This document shows positions 41,099 through 57,819 of a DNA stretch of 64,000 bases, piece after piece. Made by a program: the position numbers and the translations under genes. This DNA is from the human T2T-CHM13v2.0 reference genome, Homo sapiens. The notes below the pieces were generated by a model. It did no database searches and had not been told where the DNA came from. It worked only from the letters and a program-made list of their open reading frames with translations. Every line of letters begins with the position of its first letter. The stretch's first letter is position 1. The stretch is taken from the NCBI RefSeq assembly GCF_009914755.1, contig NC_060947.1. One strand, 5' to 3'.

Positions 41099-42289
41099 GA
41101 GCTTACATAAGCATTCAGTCCATTGCATATAGCAAGGTCAAGGGACAAATTTTTCCAATAGATGCTATATCACTTCCATCTCCCTTTCCTTTTATTCAGC
41201 TATACATGCACTTATACACTCAAACTCAAGAACAAAATCTCTAATAACTTTGTGAAAATCATCTCTTCTCAGGCTTGCTCACCAATTCATTGCCAAGAGT
41301 GCTCAGATATATCTGAATATTAGGCTAAAAGAAAGCTGATCTTCTACTATAGGTGCCTAAGGGTTTAGGTATTTTTTATGTCTTATTAATATATGCTATC
41401 TACATAAATATATTCTAGTCCATCTTCTTACTAACTTGCTATGGACGTTTAGCCAGAATAATTGGTCCAAATCTGATTTTTCTTATGTGCAATATAAGAA
41501 GATGGGACCAAAACTAGAAGTTATTTAAGCCTAAGATCATTTTCATTTCAGCTGTTTCATTGTTTCATTCAGTTGTTCCATTTAGCTGTGATTCTAAGGG
41601 CAGAATCAAAGAAGATGTATCATTAACCTAAATTTAAATTCCCTCTTAGATTCCCTGATAAAAATTCACATATTATAATGATCAGTCAATTGATAATCAA
41701 TTTTATGGTACATTTACTATTCAATTGATAAGTACTCAACTAAGAAACTACAAATTCAAAGAAAGGGATTTGTTTTTTATGTCTCAGATATATATATTGG
41801 ATGATAAATCCTCAGTGGTCTTTTGTCACCAATGAAGATTTATAACTTTTAATTTTTCTTTAATGAATCCTTCTGTCTGAACTTGCTGTGGTCACTGGTA
41901 ATATCTCAAACAGGTAGCACACAAATGTCATTACAGAAAGATATTTTTGAGATGTAAATAATAACATTTATAATAAAATTGAAATCAAATGGGAAATCTT
42001 AATGAAAATATTCTGTAAATGACCTTTTTGGTAAATGGTTTGGTAAGTGGTTTAACATATAAAATTTCTCCACAAACCTTGTGCTTTAGTTTAGTAACCT
42101 AAAACAAACAATAGAAAAGAAAAACATAAATTAAACAAATAATTTATTTAAAAGTATATTTTACAATGATATTTCCTTTTATCATTTTATTCTATTATGA
42201 AAGCTACCAATTTGGTGCTTTTTGTGAAAATTATAATTTTTAATCCTATAAAACCATCAAAAGTAATGTCATTAATTGCCTAGCAGAAT

Positions 42290-42520
42290 TGGAAATTCTA
42301 TGGACTTTGGAGTAAGACCAACCTGGGTTCAAATCCTACTTTTCTATAGCCTGAAGCAAATCATTTGACCATTTAACCCCTGTGAGTCTTGGTTTGCTAA
42401 TCTGTAAAATGAGAATATTGTTAGTTCATATTCTCTAGGATTTATCTTTTTAATTAATGAATAACATTTAGCTATTGGCTCCTGGCATATAGTAGGCAAC
42501 CAGTAAATGTTAGTGCTAAC
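42290..42520 (+). mobile_element. MIR SINE
   Basis: GGACTTTGGAGT..CCTGGGTTCAAATCC..ATCTGTAAAATGAGAATA. Confidence 0.8.
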
Positions 42521-42769
42521 CAAAATACCTTCCTCTAAATGCCCAACAAACACAATAAAATATAAGTTCCCCACAATAATACTTTCTCCCTCTATTATAG
42601 TTATCAGTGAATTATTTAATGATGGACATGATTGTTTGGTCTAATTAAAATAGCCAGACTCCCCAATAATTGGTATCTTCCTTGTGTAGAGCTAATAGGT
42701 TAAAAAAATTAACCATCAATTTTGCCCAGAGTCATATAGCAGAAAAGGCAAATTTCACAGTAGAATAAT

Positions 42770-43770
42770 TTGCTCATTCAACAAATACTGTACATCTACC
42801 TTCAGCTGGCTACTTTGTCATGCACTATAAATATAAAGATGAAAGACCAGTCACTGCTTTCAAGGTTTAGTGGGAGAAAATAATTTCAGAAGATTATTAT
42901 AGTACACAGTGACAGAAGTGAGTGATGGGTACTTAGTGAAAGAAGAGTAAGTGAAGATGTTGTTTGTGGAAGACCATAGTAAGAGATTTCTGGAAGAGGG
43001 ACACCTGAGCTGAATCTGAGGATGAATAGGAATTTACAGATTTCCAAGAGCAGGGAGACTTGAAATATTGTAATGACTTATGGTTGAATTTGGTATATGG
43101 AACATTGGTGGAATGTCAACAGGTGAAACCGGAGGTGTTTACAGAGGCTTGGAAATAATGAGCCTTCTATATCACAGTACAAAGTTTGTATTTTAACCAG
43201 AAGCTAAGGAGAAAAAAAAAAGGATTTTGAGCAGGAAATAAAATGATCAATCAGCATTTTAGAAAAAAAAAAATACTGGCAGTGGTGTAGAGAATACCAT
43301 TTAAAAAGAATGGGATTAGTATCAGGTACTCTGGGTAAGAGGTTATTGGTCACAACCCAGGAGGAAATGATATGTACATGAACTAAGGCATTGACAAGGG
43401 AAAAGAAGACAATACAAACACTAATAACAAAATAGGATCAGCAGACTTTGAAATCTGTTGATATGAGGAGTTTTAGCAAAACAAAGGCGTTCTCACTTGA
43501 GCTATAGAGAAAATGGTATTTCTATTCATCAAGTTCAGGAATTCAGGGAGACTTGCAACTACAGCATGGTATGAATTGGGAGTAGAAGAAATGGTTTGCG
43601 CTACCTGTGAAACATCTCTGTGAGATTGTGCTAAAGCTCAACATAGATATAGATACAGACACAAATACAGATAGATACAGATATAGATAGATACAGATAT
43701 AGATATCTGGAAGTCATCATGATCTTCACATAAGGGGTAGTTTAATCCCATAGGATGAGATGAAACTCTT
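42770..43770 (-). mobile_element. L2 fragment, antisense
   Basis: CTCATTCAACAAATA 3' end; CCTGAGCTGAATCTGAGGATGAATAGGA; GGATTTTGAGCAGGAAAT..ATGATC. Confidence 0.7.
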
Positions 43771-43835
43771 CTGGGGCATGCTAAGAGTATTGTTTGTATG
43801 TGTTCTTCACACAGCCTACATCAGAAATATCTAGT

Positions 43836-44406
43836 GGGGAGGACACAAGCTCTTGACCCTCTAAAGGTTCACTAAAGATCACCAACATGAGGTAGATTGA
43901 TTAATAGAAGAAAAGGCATACAAATTTATTTAACGTGTATATATGGTAGTCCTTCAGAATGAAGACCCAATTTGCCAATGAGTTATAGAAACTTATATGC
44001 CATCCTGAGGCCACAGTAACATATGTAGAGTTAGAGCATGGCCAGAAACAGCTACTGTTGGTAAATCAGGATTGGTGGCAAGACAGGTTAAGAGAGAGAG
44101 AAAGGAAGACACTTGGCTAGCAAAGGTGGCCTTGTTAGGTAGATGAAGACTTCCTCAAAGAGAATAACTGGTAAATTTTTCTTTTCAGATTTTTAATGAT
44201 GTCAGACTCTCAATTTCTCTTGGATCCAGGGAAAGGCATAGAAAGGGAAGGGGGCATGGTTGCATCAATGGAGATTCTCTACAGACACAAACTTTCCCCA
44301 CAAAAGACAGCTTTGCAAGACCACTTCTGTTTGCTGGCCAAGTGGTGGCCATTTCAAAGTATGTCAAAGAAATATATTTTGGGGCAAAATATTTTAATTT
44401 CCTTCA
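43836..44406 (-). mobile_element. ERV1 solo LTR (MER39-like)
   Basis: Reverse complement begins TGAAGGAAATTAAAATATTTTGCCCCAAAATATATTTCTTTGACATA. Confidence 0.8.
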
Positions 44407-44528
44407 CTAGAATGCATCATGACAATGTTCCACTCCTGACATCAAAACTTTTGAGAATTGGCTCAGGCACTCTATATTTTGGAAAAGGGATCCTTTAGCA
44501 TAATAATTGTGAAGATAGGGACAGAAAC

Positions 44529-45388
<860 letters not shown>

Positions 45389-45572
45389 GTGACAGATTCC
45401 ATATGAAAAACACAAGGCAAGATTCGAAATCATTAACTGAGGTTTTAATGAATATGTAAAAGCTCTTTTCTCTTTAATCAATTAATATTGGCTTATGAAT
45501 TCACAGATACTTATCAGATGTCTTCTCTGTATGTACGTATTTATTGCCTGTTTCCTCTATTAGAATTACAGT

Positions 45573-45775
45573 CACTTGGACACAGGATGGGGAACATCAC
45601 ACACCAGGGCCTGTCATGGGGTGGGGGGAGGGGGGAGGGATAGCATTAGGAGATATACCTAATGTAAATGAAGAGTTAATGGGTGCAGCACACCAACATG
45701 GCACAGGTATACATATGTAACAAACCTGCACATTGTGCACATGTACCCTAAAACTTAAAGTATAATAAAAAAATA
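45573..45775 (+). mobile_element. Short 5'-truncated young L1PA 3'UTR
   Basis: GGGTGGGGGGAGGGGGGAGGGATAGCATTAGGAGATATACCTAATG..AAAGTATAATAAAA; perfect TSD AGAATTACAGT. Confidence 0.96.
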
Positions 45776-45789
45776 AGAATTACAGTAAT

Positions 45790-45898
45790 CACCTCACCCC
45801 AGGTGTTAGCACTGAGATTTTTTGGTTTTAGCACTGAAAGTCCCACATTCCAAGAAACCTCTTATGTTCCATTTAAACCAGGACAGTTGGTCACTCTA
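45790..45898. mobile_element. MER96-like hAT remnant
   Basis: AGCACTGAAAGTCCCACATTCCAAGAAACC..CCAGGACAGTTGGTCACTCTA. Confidence 0.55.
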
Positions 45899-46586
45899 AT
45901 GAAAATGAACCAAGAAGTAAGGGACAGTTTATTGTTTATTACTAGACACCAGTATCTAGAACAGAACCTAACATATAGGTGGTGTCTAAAAAATATTTTG
46001 AATGAAGGAATCAGCGAAATAGCACTTTATGTGTTTGTTGATCATACCTTCCCTAATGTGGCAGCAAGCTGAGTGTTGGGCTCCATTTGAATGGCACACT
46101 GTGCATTTAAGTCACAATTGGAAGGAAAGTTGGTAGAGGGGTACTAACCATGGGATTAAAACCAATTAAAGCTGATTCTTTCATTTTACTCTACCTAGAA
46201 TGAGAAATCATTGGAAGATATAAAACAAGAGAGTAAAATAATTTGATTTATAATTTTAGAAGATTACTTCGGATACTCTGTGACAAAGGACTGTCATGGA
46301 GCATGAGTGCCAATTAGCTGAGCATTGTACTAGACACTGTAGATAATTTGGAAGTATGCAAATACAATGTAGTTGGAAAGCAGAATTAATGAATAGAAAA
46401 CAGTTACCAATATGAAGTAAGTATACAACTATGATGCATTAGTGGTGAAGATTCTAAAGGTGACAGAATTTCAAAGGGAGAAAATAAGAGTAAGTGATGT
46501 AGGACAACTAAATAGAATAGATAAGGGATGGCATTCCTGGCAAAAGAAATGAAGTCACAGATGGCATAATAAAGATGGTATGTTTG

Positions 46587-46897
<311 letters not shown>

Positions 46898-47431
46898 TTA
46901 AGCCTGAAGATTCTTTTTAGTGAGAGGTAGGCTATTGGATAGTTAGGCCAGGCCTAGTTCACACTTTGATGACGTTATCCAGGCAGTAGTTTGAAGTGCA
47001 GAAAGTTGGTTGCCACTCTTTCTTTTATTGATGTGATACAGTATGTCATTAAATGAAAGGTTATGGGGAATTGAGGATACAAAAGAAAAAAGACCTAAAT
47101 CTTCTTCCCTCATTCTAATTACATTTGAGATACTTATCCAACTCACTGATTTTCTTTAGTAGATCTCGAGGAATAAGATCTACACAAGACACAGCTGGTA
47201 CAAATACTCAATTGTCCTTGTGGCAGAAAATAGAGCTCAGAGGAGGGATTTCAGTGAAGGGCAGCCCCACAGGAGAAGACTGAATTCGGATACTCAAATT
47301 CATGGCCAACAGGCCCTGTCATCTCTAGGAAGATATTTGTGGCTTGTTACTCCACTTAAAGTTGACAGTAAAATTTATCCATCACTGACCTTGCCAACTG
47401 CCTATCATTTATTGCTTGATAATGAGGTTTT

Positions 47432-47520
47432 TATTATTTATTTATTTATTCATTTATGAGATGGGGTCTCCCTCTGTCGCCCAGGCTGGAGGGCAGTGGC
47501 GTGATCTTGGCTCACTGCAA
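47432..47520 (-). mobile_element. Severely 5'-truncated Alu (~65 bp plus tail)
   Basis: Perfect TSD GATAATGAGGTTTT at 47418-47431 and 47522-47535. Confidence 0.92.
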
Positions 47521-49886
47521 GGATAATGAGGTTTTCAATGCTAACTTTAGATTAATGAAATCAATGACCAATAATATATTCTAAAAATTCAACAGCAGGA
47601 CTACCCTTTTTAGTATGAAAGGGTCAAGATCCTTTAAATAGAATAACAATTTTATTATGGACAATCATTTTCTTTTTATTTAATAACTTAACAGTGGAAG
47701 AAATGGCTTGAGATCAAGCCTTTTACTATATAATACACTGATTCGTAGACAAGGTCAGAGCAATTTTTACTCAATGAAATATGACCATTTTACTCTTCAA
47801 TTTCAGAATGAAAATCAGAAACATTTGTTTTATAAAAAAGTGTTCGTCTTTCTCACTCTGTGGAATCAACCTTGTAAATTGCTTGTGATGCTCCTGGCAG
47901 TAAGTTATTCCAGTTCATCTTTTCTTTTTTTATTTTTAAAATTTTAAGTCAAATGTATATATTTTTTCAACTTAAATTTCTCTCTTGGCTTATTATATGG
48001 ATAAAGCCTGTGTGAAGATGGTTGTTTTAATTAGCTACCACAAATTAAATATTATTCTTAAAGAAAAAATTTCAACCAGTTCATAATAAATCACATTAAA
48101 TCTGAACATACAAGTGACAAGAATTAGTGAATATTTATTAAGTATAAGTTTTAGAGAGTTAGCACTTGGGGACAAAGGCAAAGTTGGGACCTGGCCGGAT
48201 CTATGCTCTCCAGAAGGACTCCATGGCCTGGACTATTTTTTCTGACTTTGCAGCTAATCAAATCTGCCTACCATATTTCCTATTATCTGGGGTCTACAAA
48301 CCCCAACTGTTATATTTGAAAGTGACAAAATGACTAATCCTTTTCAGGGTATAAATGGGTGAATGTGGCTTAACGTGTTAACTTTCATCTTAACTAGGCC
48401 CTCCTAGAGATCTTGTAACTGCTACAGAGGATTTAATCCTAACGGTACCATCAAGCAGCTTGTAGCAAGAAAAGGAGGATAGATTGATACCATTGGTCAT
48501 AGCTACCAAGTCTATTTTTATGGAAGGCTACATCCCTAATGATATCTTGTGAAAAATAAGTCTTATAAAAATATCTACATTAATTGGACTTTAAACTAGA
48601 AATAAGCAAGTAATGTAACAAGACATAGCAGACAATATGTGGTTTTATATATTCAGTAACACATGACTTCTCCAACCTGATGAGTCAATATTAGTGCATT
48701 ACCATTCATTCATTCAAGAGACACATCATGAACCAGATACAGATTTATAAAGCAGAGGAGCAGAAGATAGTTCATTAGTTATTGTAGGGGATACACTACT
48801 CTAACAAAGACATCCACAATTACTGCGGATTTCACAATAATATTTACAATATGAGATATACATTTATTTTTCTGTCAAATCCAGACTGGGTTAGACAGAT
48901 AAAATTAAAAAAAAACTTCTTTTCATCTTATTGCTCCATTCTCTTCTAGGGTGCTGATTTTGTCCACAAGGTTCAAACTAACCTTTGGGAAGGATAAACA
49001 TCAAAATTCAGAGAAATCAGCATGTCTTTCTGGTAGAAATGGCTCAGATCTTACACACTTACTTACACTCACTTTCCATTGGTTTAAATTTGGTCATGTG
49101 GTTACACCTATATGCAAGGGAGGCTAAGAAATGAACATTTTAGCTAAGTGTGTAGCTATTTGAGTGAGAAAGGTAAAATAGGTATTGGTGGCATTAATAG
49201 TGGTCTTAGAATGGAGTGCTTTTCCATTCCATTCTAAGCTGTTTTGAGTATTCTACAGGTGCTGGGAATTACTTAAAGGTTTTACACAGAGTAGTGCTTT
49301 GAAGAACAGATTGGAGGGGTATAAGATGCTGAGATACCACATAGGATGCTGTGGCAATAGTTCCAGGGAAGAGATGACTAAGTCCTTAACTAAGGTAGTA
49401 GCCTACTTTTATGGTTTATACTAAGTTTTACACTCAACTGCTCAGCACATTCAAAAGGGGAAAAGATATATGCTAACTGGAAGGAGGGAGTGGCACCTAC
49501 TTAATATAGTCCCATTCTCCTACCCTCTATTCCAAGGCAGAACACTCTGAACATTCTTCTCTTTGGAACAGATATAGCTAACGACAAATGTGATATTAAT
49601 GGCTCCTCATTAACTATTGTACAACAATATGGGTTTTCATTTTTTTCTAACTGCAGAAAGCTGGCGAGAATAATATAGCAACAATCCCAGCAGATACAGT
49701 ATTATAGGTGGAGCCCTAAGATAAATATTTTCACAAATTCCACATGATTCTTAAGAACAGTCAGAATGAGCAACACTATTAAATTATCAAGATACAAAAA
49801 TTAGTAGTGATAATAGACATTTATTTACAGTATACTCTTAAAACACATTTTATAGATTTAAGGATCAATAACAGAACAAAATTCTA

Positions 49887-50205
<319 letters not shown>

Positions 50206-50678
50206 CTGTGGTTGGTAACATGGGTATTGATGAGCACTTTGACATAGGACCCTTAGAATTTGAGATAATTGATATTTAGACCTGCTTACTATATGCCACC
50301 AATATTGAAAAATCATGTCAATCACAACTATATTCCATATAATTCTTATTAATCAATTAATAGAAACATTCTTAGTAACATCACAGACTCAAGGTTGCCT
50401 TACAGACTCAACATATTCATTGCCCTTTCCTGCCTCACCTCATGTTACCCTAGCCATCACTTACTCGGCTTTTTCTGTTCTATATAGCCTCTACAAGAGT
50501 GCCCTGCCCTAAATCACTTTACACTTACATTTATAATGGACTCATTCTTCTCCACCCCTTCCAGCACTGTACAGATTTTACTTTTCAACTTTCTCGTGAC
50601 CAGTTCTCTGCCATGCCCCAGCTTCCATGTCCTAGCACACCTGATATAACATGTCAGACCATGCCCTGATTTGCCTGA

Positions 50679-51095
<417 letters not shown>

Positions 51096-52104
51096 TGAAA
51101 GGTACTATTCAATCCCTCCTGGACTTTTTCAAACCCTCCTTACTCTGTTGGGCTTGAACCTACCCCTACATTTTCTAATGTGCCCCACCCTGCCCTGAAC
51201 AGTCATTTCCTGCCCTGCACAACACTTTCCTTCTCTGCTCTGCAATTTTTATAGCTCTCCTGATTCCTGACTGATGATACCTTTCTATCAAATAGACCTT
51301 GAGTAAAGCTCTGATGTCTGTTATTCAGCAGTAAGATGATGGCAATGACCTGAGACACTTCTAGTAAGTATCCTGGCACTAGCACAAGATCCCTGAATTC
51401 TGAATTTGTATGTGTCAAAATTTAACAAAGCCCCCTCTTTAAATTCAGGTCTAGAAACTGTCATAAGCTCTTTTTTATTTAATTCAAGCTTTATATGAAC
51501 AGCTACAGATAGCAGAGACAGAGAGCAATTTTAACAACTATTTCAAAAATCATAAGTTACATTGAACTTTTCTAGACTATGATACAACAACAAAATATCA
51601 ATTCAAACTGGAAAAGAAGAAATGAAAAACAACCAGACTGAATTTATATATGTAAAATAATGAACAATAGGCACAATTTATAAACTATTTTCTACTATTT
51701 TACTTCTATTTTATAGCATTTCAAAATTACCTAAAACATCTTTTACTAGTCTTATTTTCATGAAAACATAGGTATTTACATTTTGTATAGATAGACAAGA
51801 ACTGTAGCAAAACAAGCTTGACAACAAGAGAGTTATATTGAATGCTAAAACAGTCAAGAGAAATTTGTTACATAAAATAAAGAACACAGAAAAGACATGT
51901 TTAATTTTGTTTTAAATTTTTCTCAATTTTGGTAGTCAGTAAGTGATTTTTAAATGTATATCCTTGTGTTATCAATAATTCGTATCTTTCAGCTTATCAG
52001 TGTAGAGACAGGTATTTACAACAGAGTACCTAATAGGCCATGTGATTATAGGTCCAAGGGTTTGCGTTATAATTTCTCTTTAATTAAAGTTGATTCTTTT
52101 AGTG

Positions 52105-53950
52105 TGTAGTGGGATGAATGGTGGTCTCTAAGAAATCAGGTTCCTAATTCCTGAAACATGTAAATGTTATCTTATTTAAAGAATGGGTCTTTGTAGATGT
52201 GATTAAGAATCTTGAGATGAGGCAATTATCCCAGATTGTTGAGGTGGGTCCTGAATGCCAATACAAGTGTCCTTGTAAGATAGATGTAGAGTAAGACTCC
52301 ATTCATGTAAAAGAGAAGGTGTTGTAAAGATTGAGGCAGAGATTGTAGTAATATGGCCACAAGCAAAGGAATACTGTGAGCCACCAGAAGCTGGAAGACG
52401 CAAGGAATAGGTTTTTTCCAGAGAGAGCATGGCTCTGCTGACACCTTGATTTTGGATTTTGGACTTCTGGCTTCCATAACTGTGAGAGGATAAATTTGTG
52501 TTTATTCTTAAATGATCCACTGTATTAGTCCGTTCTTGCATTGCTGTAAGGCACTAAGTGAGACTGAGTAATTTATAAAGAAAAGAGGTTTAATTGACTC
52601 ACAGTTCTGCAGGCTGTACAGGAAGCACGGCTGGGGAGGCTTCAGGGAACTTCCAATCATGGCAGAAAGTGAAGGGGAAGTAGGCACATTTTCACATGGC
52701 AGAGGAGGAGAGAGAAAGAGCAAAGGGGGTAGTGCCGCGCAGTTTTAAACAACCAGATGTCGTGAGAACTCAGTCACTATCATGAGAACAGCAAGGGGGA
52801 AAGGAAGTCCACCCCATGATCCAATCACCTCCCACCAGACCCTTCCTCCAACATTGAGAATTACAACTCCATGTAAGATTTGGGTGAGGACACAAATCCA
52901 AACCATATCATCTACCCAGTTTATGGTAATCTGTTACAAATGCCATAGGAAACTAATAAGAGATTTTTGTACCAGGAAATGAGATGTTGCTGTAGCAAAT
53001 GTTAAAAATGTGGAATTGGCTCTGGTATTGACTAATGGGTAGAGGCTGGAAAACTTTTAATAACATGATAGATAAAATGTACATGCCTTGAGCAGACTGT
53101 TGATAGAAATGAGGATGTTAAAGACGCTGCCAGTGAGGACTCAAGAGGAAGTGAGAAAAATAGTAGAGGAAATCTGTATCATATTAGAGAATACATATTC
53201 TGCCTGTCATCATGAACAGAATGTTGGTAGAAATATGAACATTAAAGGCACTTACAGTGAGAACGCAGAAGGAAATGAGAAACATATTATTGAAACCGGA
53301 GGAAGGATGACCTTCATTATATACTGATATAAAACTTAGCTGAACTGTGTCTTATAGTTGTGTGCAAAGCAGAACTTGTAAGTGATGAACTTAGAGGTCT
53401 AGCTGAGATTTCCAAGCAAAATGTTAAAGGTACATCCTGGATTTTTCTTGCTGCCTGTAGTAAAATGTGAGAGGAAATAGGTAAATTGAGGGAAGAACTG
53501 TTAACAATAGCAACAAAAACCAGAACTTGATTTGGAAAAATCTCAGCCTATCCAGATTGCAAGACTTGCTAAAATTACAAGATTCACAGTTAATAAAGGA
53601 TGCTCTAAAGAGAAGGCCAAGGATGTGGCTAGATAACCCTGGCTAATGCCATGAAGAAATCTTAAGTTTGAAGTATTCTCTCACACAGAGGGCTCTTTGT
53701 AGAGATGAAGCTTGTGACTCATGAATCTACTCAACAATCTCAGCAGACTAGAGATGAAATTATCTGGGAAAGGTATGAGAGGGATTCTCTTGTTTAATGG
53801 TGTGAGTATCTGTAACATATACAGAACACCCACAAAGTTTTTAAGAATGTTATATCAGCAGCAACACACACAGCTTGGCCTGAAAGGTACTGACAGAACA
53901 GTGAAGAAAGAATGCCTCTGAAGGCAGATCCTTGGGCCCACAGGCGGGGA
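52105..53950 (+). mobile_element. MaLR element: MLT1B/C-like LTR (52105-52959) plus MLT1 internal sequence
   Basis: TGTAGTGGGATGAATGGTGG..GGGTCTTTGTAGATGTGATTAAG; internal AAAATGTGGAATTGGCTCTGG..AATGGGTAGAGGCTGG and AGCTGAGATTTCCAAGCAAA. Confidence 0.82.
52521..52910 (-). mobile_element. MSTA LTR inserted in the MLT1 LTR
   Basis: TGTATTAGTCCGTTCTTGCATTGCT..CAAACCATATCA; TSD TCCAC / TCTAC. Confidence 0.9.
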
Positions 53951-53959
53951 CTACAGAAT

Positions 53960-54445
53960 CAGAACAATTCAACTTCTAAGTATTTACCCAAGAAAAATGA
54001 AAACACATGTTCACACAAAGAAGTGCACATGAATGTTCATAGTAAGTTTATTTACAATAGCCAAAAAAATAGAAAGAACCTGAATTTCCATTTGAAGAAA
54101 ATAATCAAATTGTGACATATTCGTGCAATGCAATACTACTGAACAATAAAAAGGGATTATCTAAAAATATACATAAAATATGAATAAATCTCAAAAACTT
54201 TATATTGCACAAAAGAAGTCACACATGAACATTTTATACTGTAATATTCCATTCCCATGAAGTTCTGGAATAGGCAACATTAAATGTGTGAAGGGATTGA
54301 TTGGGAAGGGGAATGAGGGAACTTAACTGGAGTGTTGGAAATGTTCTTGGTCTTGATAGGTGTGAGTTATAAGGGTGTCTGCATTTGTCAGAACACATCA
54401 AACTGTTCACTTACAATTTGGGAAATTTACTCTGTAAATAATAAT
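53960..54445 (+). mobile_element. Old L1M (L1ME-like) 3' end
   Basis: TATTTACCCAAGAAAAATGAAAACAC; TGAATAAATCTCAAAAAC; TGCATTTGTCAGAAC. Confidence 0.8.
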
Positions 54446-55973
54446 TCATACTAAAAATTTTCATTCACAATCTCACCAAATTAAGTATTATTCTTAATAC
54501 ATTATTCTTCTTTATTCTTCAAGGGTCCCCTTGAAGGGGACCTTTATTCTTCAAGGGTCCCCTATTTGAATCAAAATAAAACACAAAGTTCATACAAAGC
54601 CTAGAAGAATATCCAAAACCTGACCCCACCAACCTTTCTAATATTTTTTTTTCTACTCTTCTTATGAATTCTGCTCCATCCACACTGGCTTTCAAACTAT
54701 TTCTTGAATATTCTATGCACACTCCCAACTCAAGGCTTTTGATCAGCACTCCCTCTGCATGGGTCCCTCCTTACTTTCTTCAATATTTGCTAACATCCCA
54801 CTTTATCAAAGAGGCTTACTCTGTCCATCCTATTTAATTTTTTAATGAGGTACAAGTCACATAACAAAAATTGTACGCCTTTATGGTACACTATAAAGTG
54901 GATTTTATCATATTTGCAAAGTTAGACAACCACTATCTAATTAAGGAAAACTTTCATCACCTTGAAAAGAAACCCTGTATCCATTAGGAGTCAATCCAGA
55001 ATCCTCCCTCTCCTCATTTCTAGGAAGTCACTAATCCACTTTCTGTCTCTATTGATTTGCCTATTCTGGACACTTCATATGAAATCATATGATACCTAGA
55101 CTAGTGTGTCTGGCTATAATGTTTTCATGTTGCAGCATGTAGCAGAAATGCATTTATTTTTATAGCTGAACAATATTCTACTAAAAAGATATAACACGTT
55201 TTGTTTATTATCCATCACTTGACGGACAATTTGGTTCCTTCAACCTTTTGGTTATTACGAATAATGCTGCTGTGCCCATCTCTATGCATGTTTCTGCATG
55301 GACATATGTTTTAATTTTTCTTGGATGTATGCATAGAAGGGGAATTATTGGGTCATAAGTTAAGTCTGTGTTTTAACTTGTTTCAGGAATTGCCAGATAT
55401 ACTACCAAAGCAGCTGCACTATTTTACATCCCCACCATAAGTGTATGGGGGTCCCAATGGTACTACATTCTCTAAACTACTTGTTATTGTCTTTTTCATT
55501 AAAACTGTCCTAGTGAGTGTGATACAATGTCTCTTTGTAGTTCTGATAAGCATTTCCCTAATGATTAATGATGTTAAACATATTTCCGTGTGTTTACTGG
55601 CCATTTGTATATCTTCTTCGGATAAATGTCTATCCTATCCCTTTGCTCATCCGTATTATTATTATTATTTTGCTCATCTTTAAATTGGTTTTTGTCTATT
55701 TTTATTGAGTTTACGGAGTTCTTTATATATTCTGTATACTACACCTTTAAGGGGTATATGATTTGCAAATGTTTTCTCCTTTTCTGTGGGTTGTCTTTTT
55801 ACTTTTTTGATTGCATTCTTTGAAAAATAAAAGTTTTTAAATTTTAATTAAATTTATTTCTGTAATTGCTTGTGCTTTTGGTGTCATATCTAATGAGCAA
55901 CCACCTAACCTAAGTTCACACAATTTATGCCTGTTTTCTTCTAAGAATTTTATCACTTTAGCTCTTACATTTA

Positions 55974-56487
<514 letters not shown>

Positions 56488-57225
56488 CTATCCTTAATGC
56501 TAGTACCATAGTGTCCTGATTACAGTTGCTTTGCAGTAAGCCTTGAAATTGAGAAATGTAAGTCTGACAACTGGGTTCTTTTTTAGGAGTTTTTGGTTAT
56601 TTGGGGTTCCTCAAGTTCTCATATAAATTTTAGGATCAGCTTGTCAATTTCTATAAAAAAGTTAGCTGCTAGGATTCTAGTAGGGATCACACTGAATCTG
56701 TAGATCATTTTGGGGAGTATTGCTATGTAAATAAACTAAGTTTTCTGATACATGAACATGAAATGTCTTTCCACTTATTTAAGTCTTCAATTTTATTGAA
56801 AAATATTTTCTAGTTTTGAGTGTATGTTTTGTGCTTCATTCATAAAATTTACTCCTAAATATTGTATTCCTTTTGATGCTGTTGTAAGTTAAATTTTCTT
56901 AATTTCCTCTTTAGATTTTATCTCTAGTATATAGAAATACAACTTATTTTTAATATAAATTTGTATCCTACAACTTTGCTGTACTTGTTTATTAAGTTGA
57001 ATAGGTCTAATAGTTTTACTTCTTCCTCTCCAATATAGATGCATTTTTATTGCCTGTTTGCTGTGCTAGATAGATCCTCCAGTACCCTCTTAAATAACAG
57101 TGGTGAGGTTGGAAATCTTTGTCTCATTTCTAATATTCATGGGAAATTTTTCAGTCTTTCACAATAGAGTATGATGTTAGCTGAAATTGTTCATAAATAC
57201 CCTTTATTATGTTGAGGATTCCTCC

Positions 57226-57469
57226 TTTTTGTTTTTTTGAGACAGAATCTCACTCTTGGCTCACTGCAACCTCTGCCTCCTGGGTTCAAGCAATTCTTCT
57301 GCCTCAGCCTCCCAAGTAGCTGGGACTACAGGTGCGTGCCACCACGCCTGGCTAATTTTTTATTTTTAGTAGAGACGAGGTTTCACCATGTTGGTCAGGC
57401 TGGTCTCGAACTCCTGACCTCGTGATCCACCCGCCTCAGCTTCCCAAAGTGCTGGGATTATAGGCGTGA
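57226..57469 (-). mobile_element. AluS (Sg/Sc-like), antisense, with a short internal deletion
   Basis: GAGACAGAATCTCACTCT joined directly to TGGCTCACTGCAAC. Confidence 0.9.
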
Positions 57470-57819
57470 GGATTCTTCCCTTTGTTCCTAGTTTTATGAG
57501 TGTTTTTTTTCTTTTTAATAATGAAATGGTGTTGAATTTTATCACATGCTTTTTCTGTTTCAATTGAAATGATCATGTGGTTTTTGTCTTTTTTTAATAT
57601 GGTGCATTAGATTAATTGATTTTGTTTTGTGATTTTTCATTAGTCTATTCTTTGCCCCAGCTGTTACCTACTATCTCAGGCAGCCAGTTTCAACAATTGC
57701 TTCTCACTGATTTTAATAAATGTTCCCAAGAAAAAGCCTGTTCATACTAGGTAAGCTCCAAGTCAGGTCAAATAAAGACAATTTCATTGGCAAGTCTTCC
57801 TAGGCACCTTCAGGCAGGA

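Noticed and set aside
43643-43708. (ATAGAT/ACAGAT)n hexamer-like repeat
   Set aside because: Ordinary simple repeat inside an L2 remnant.
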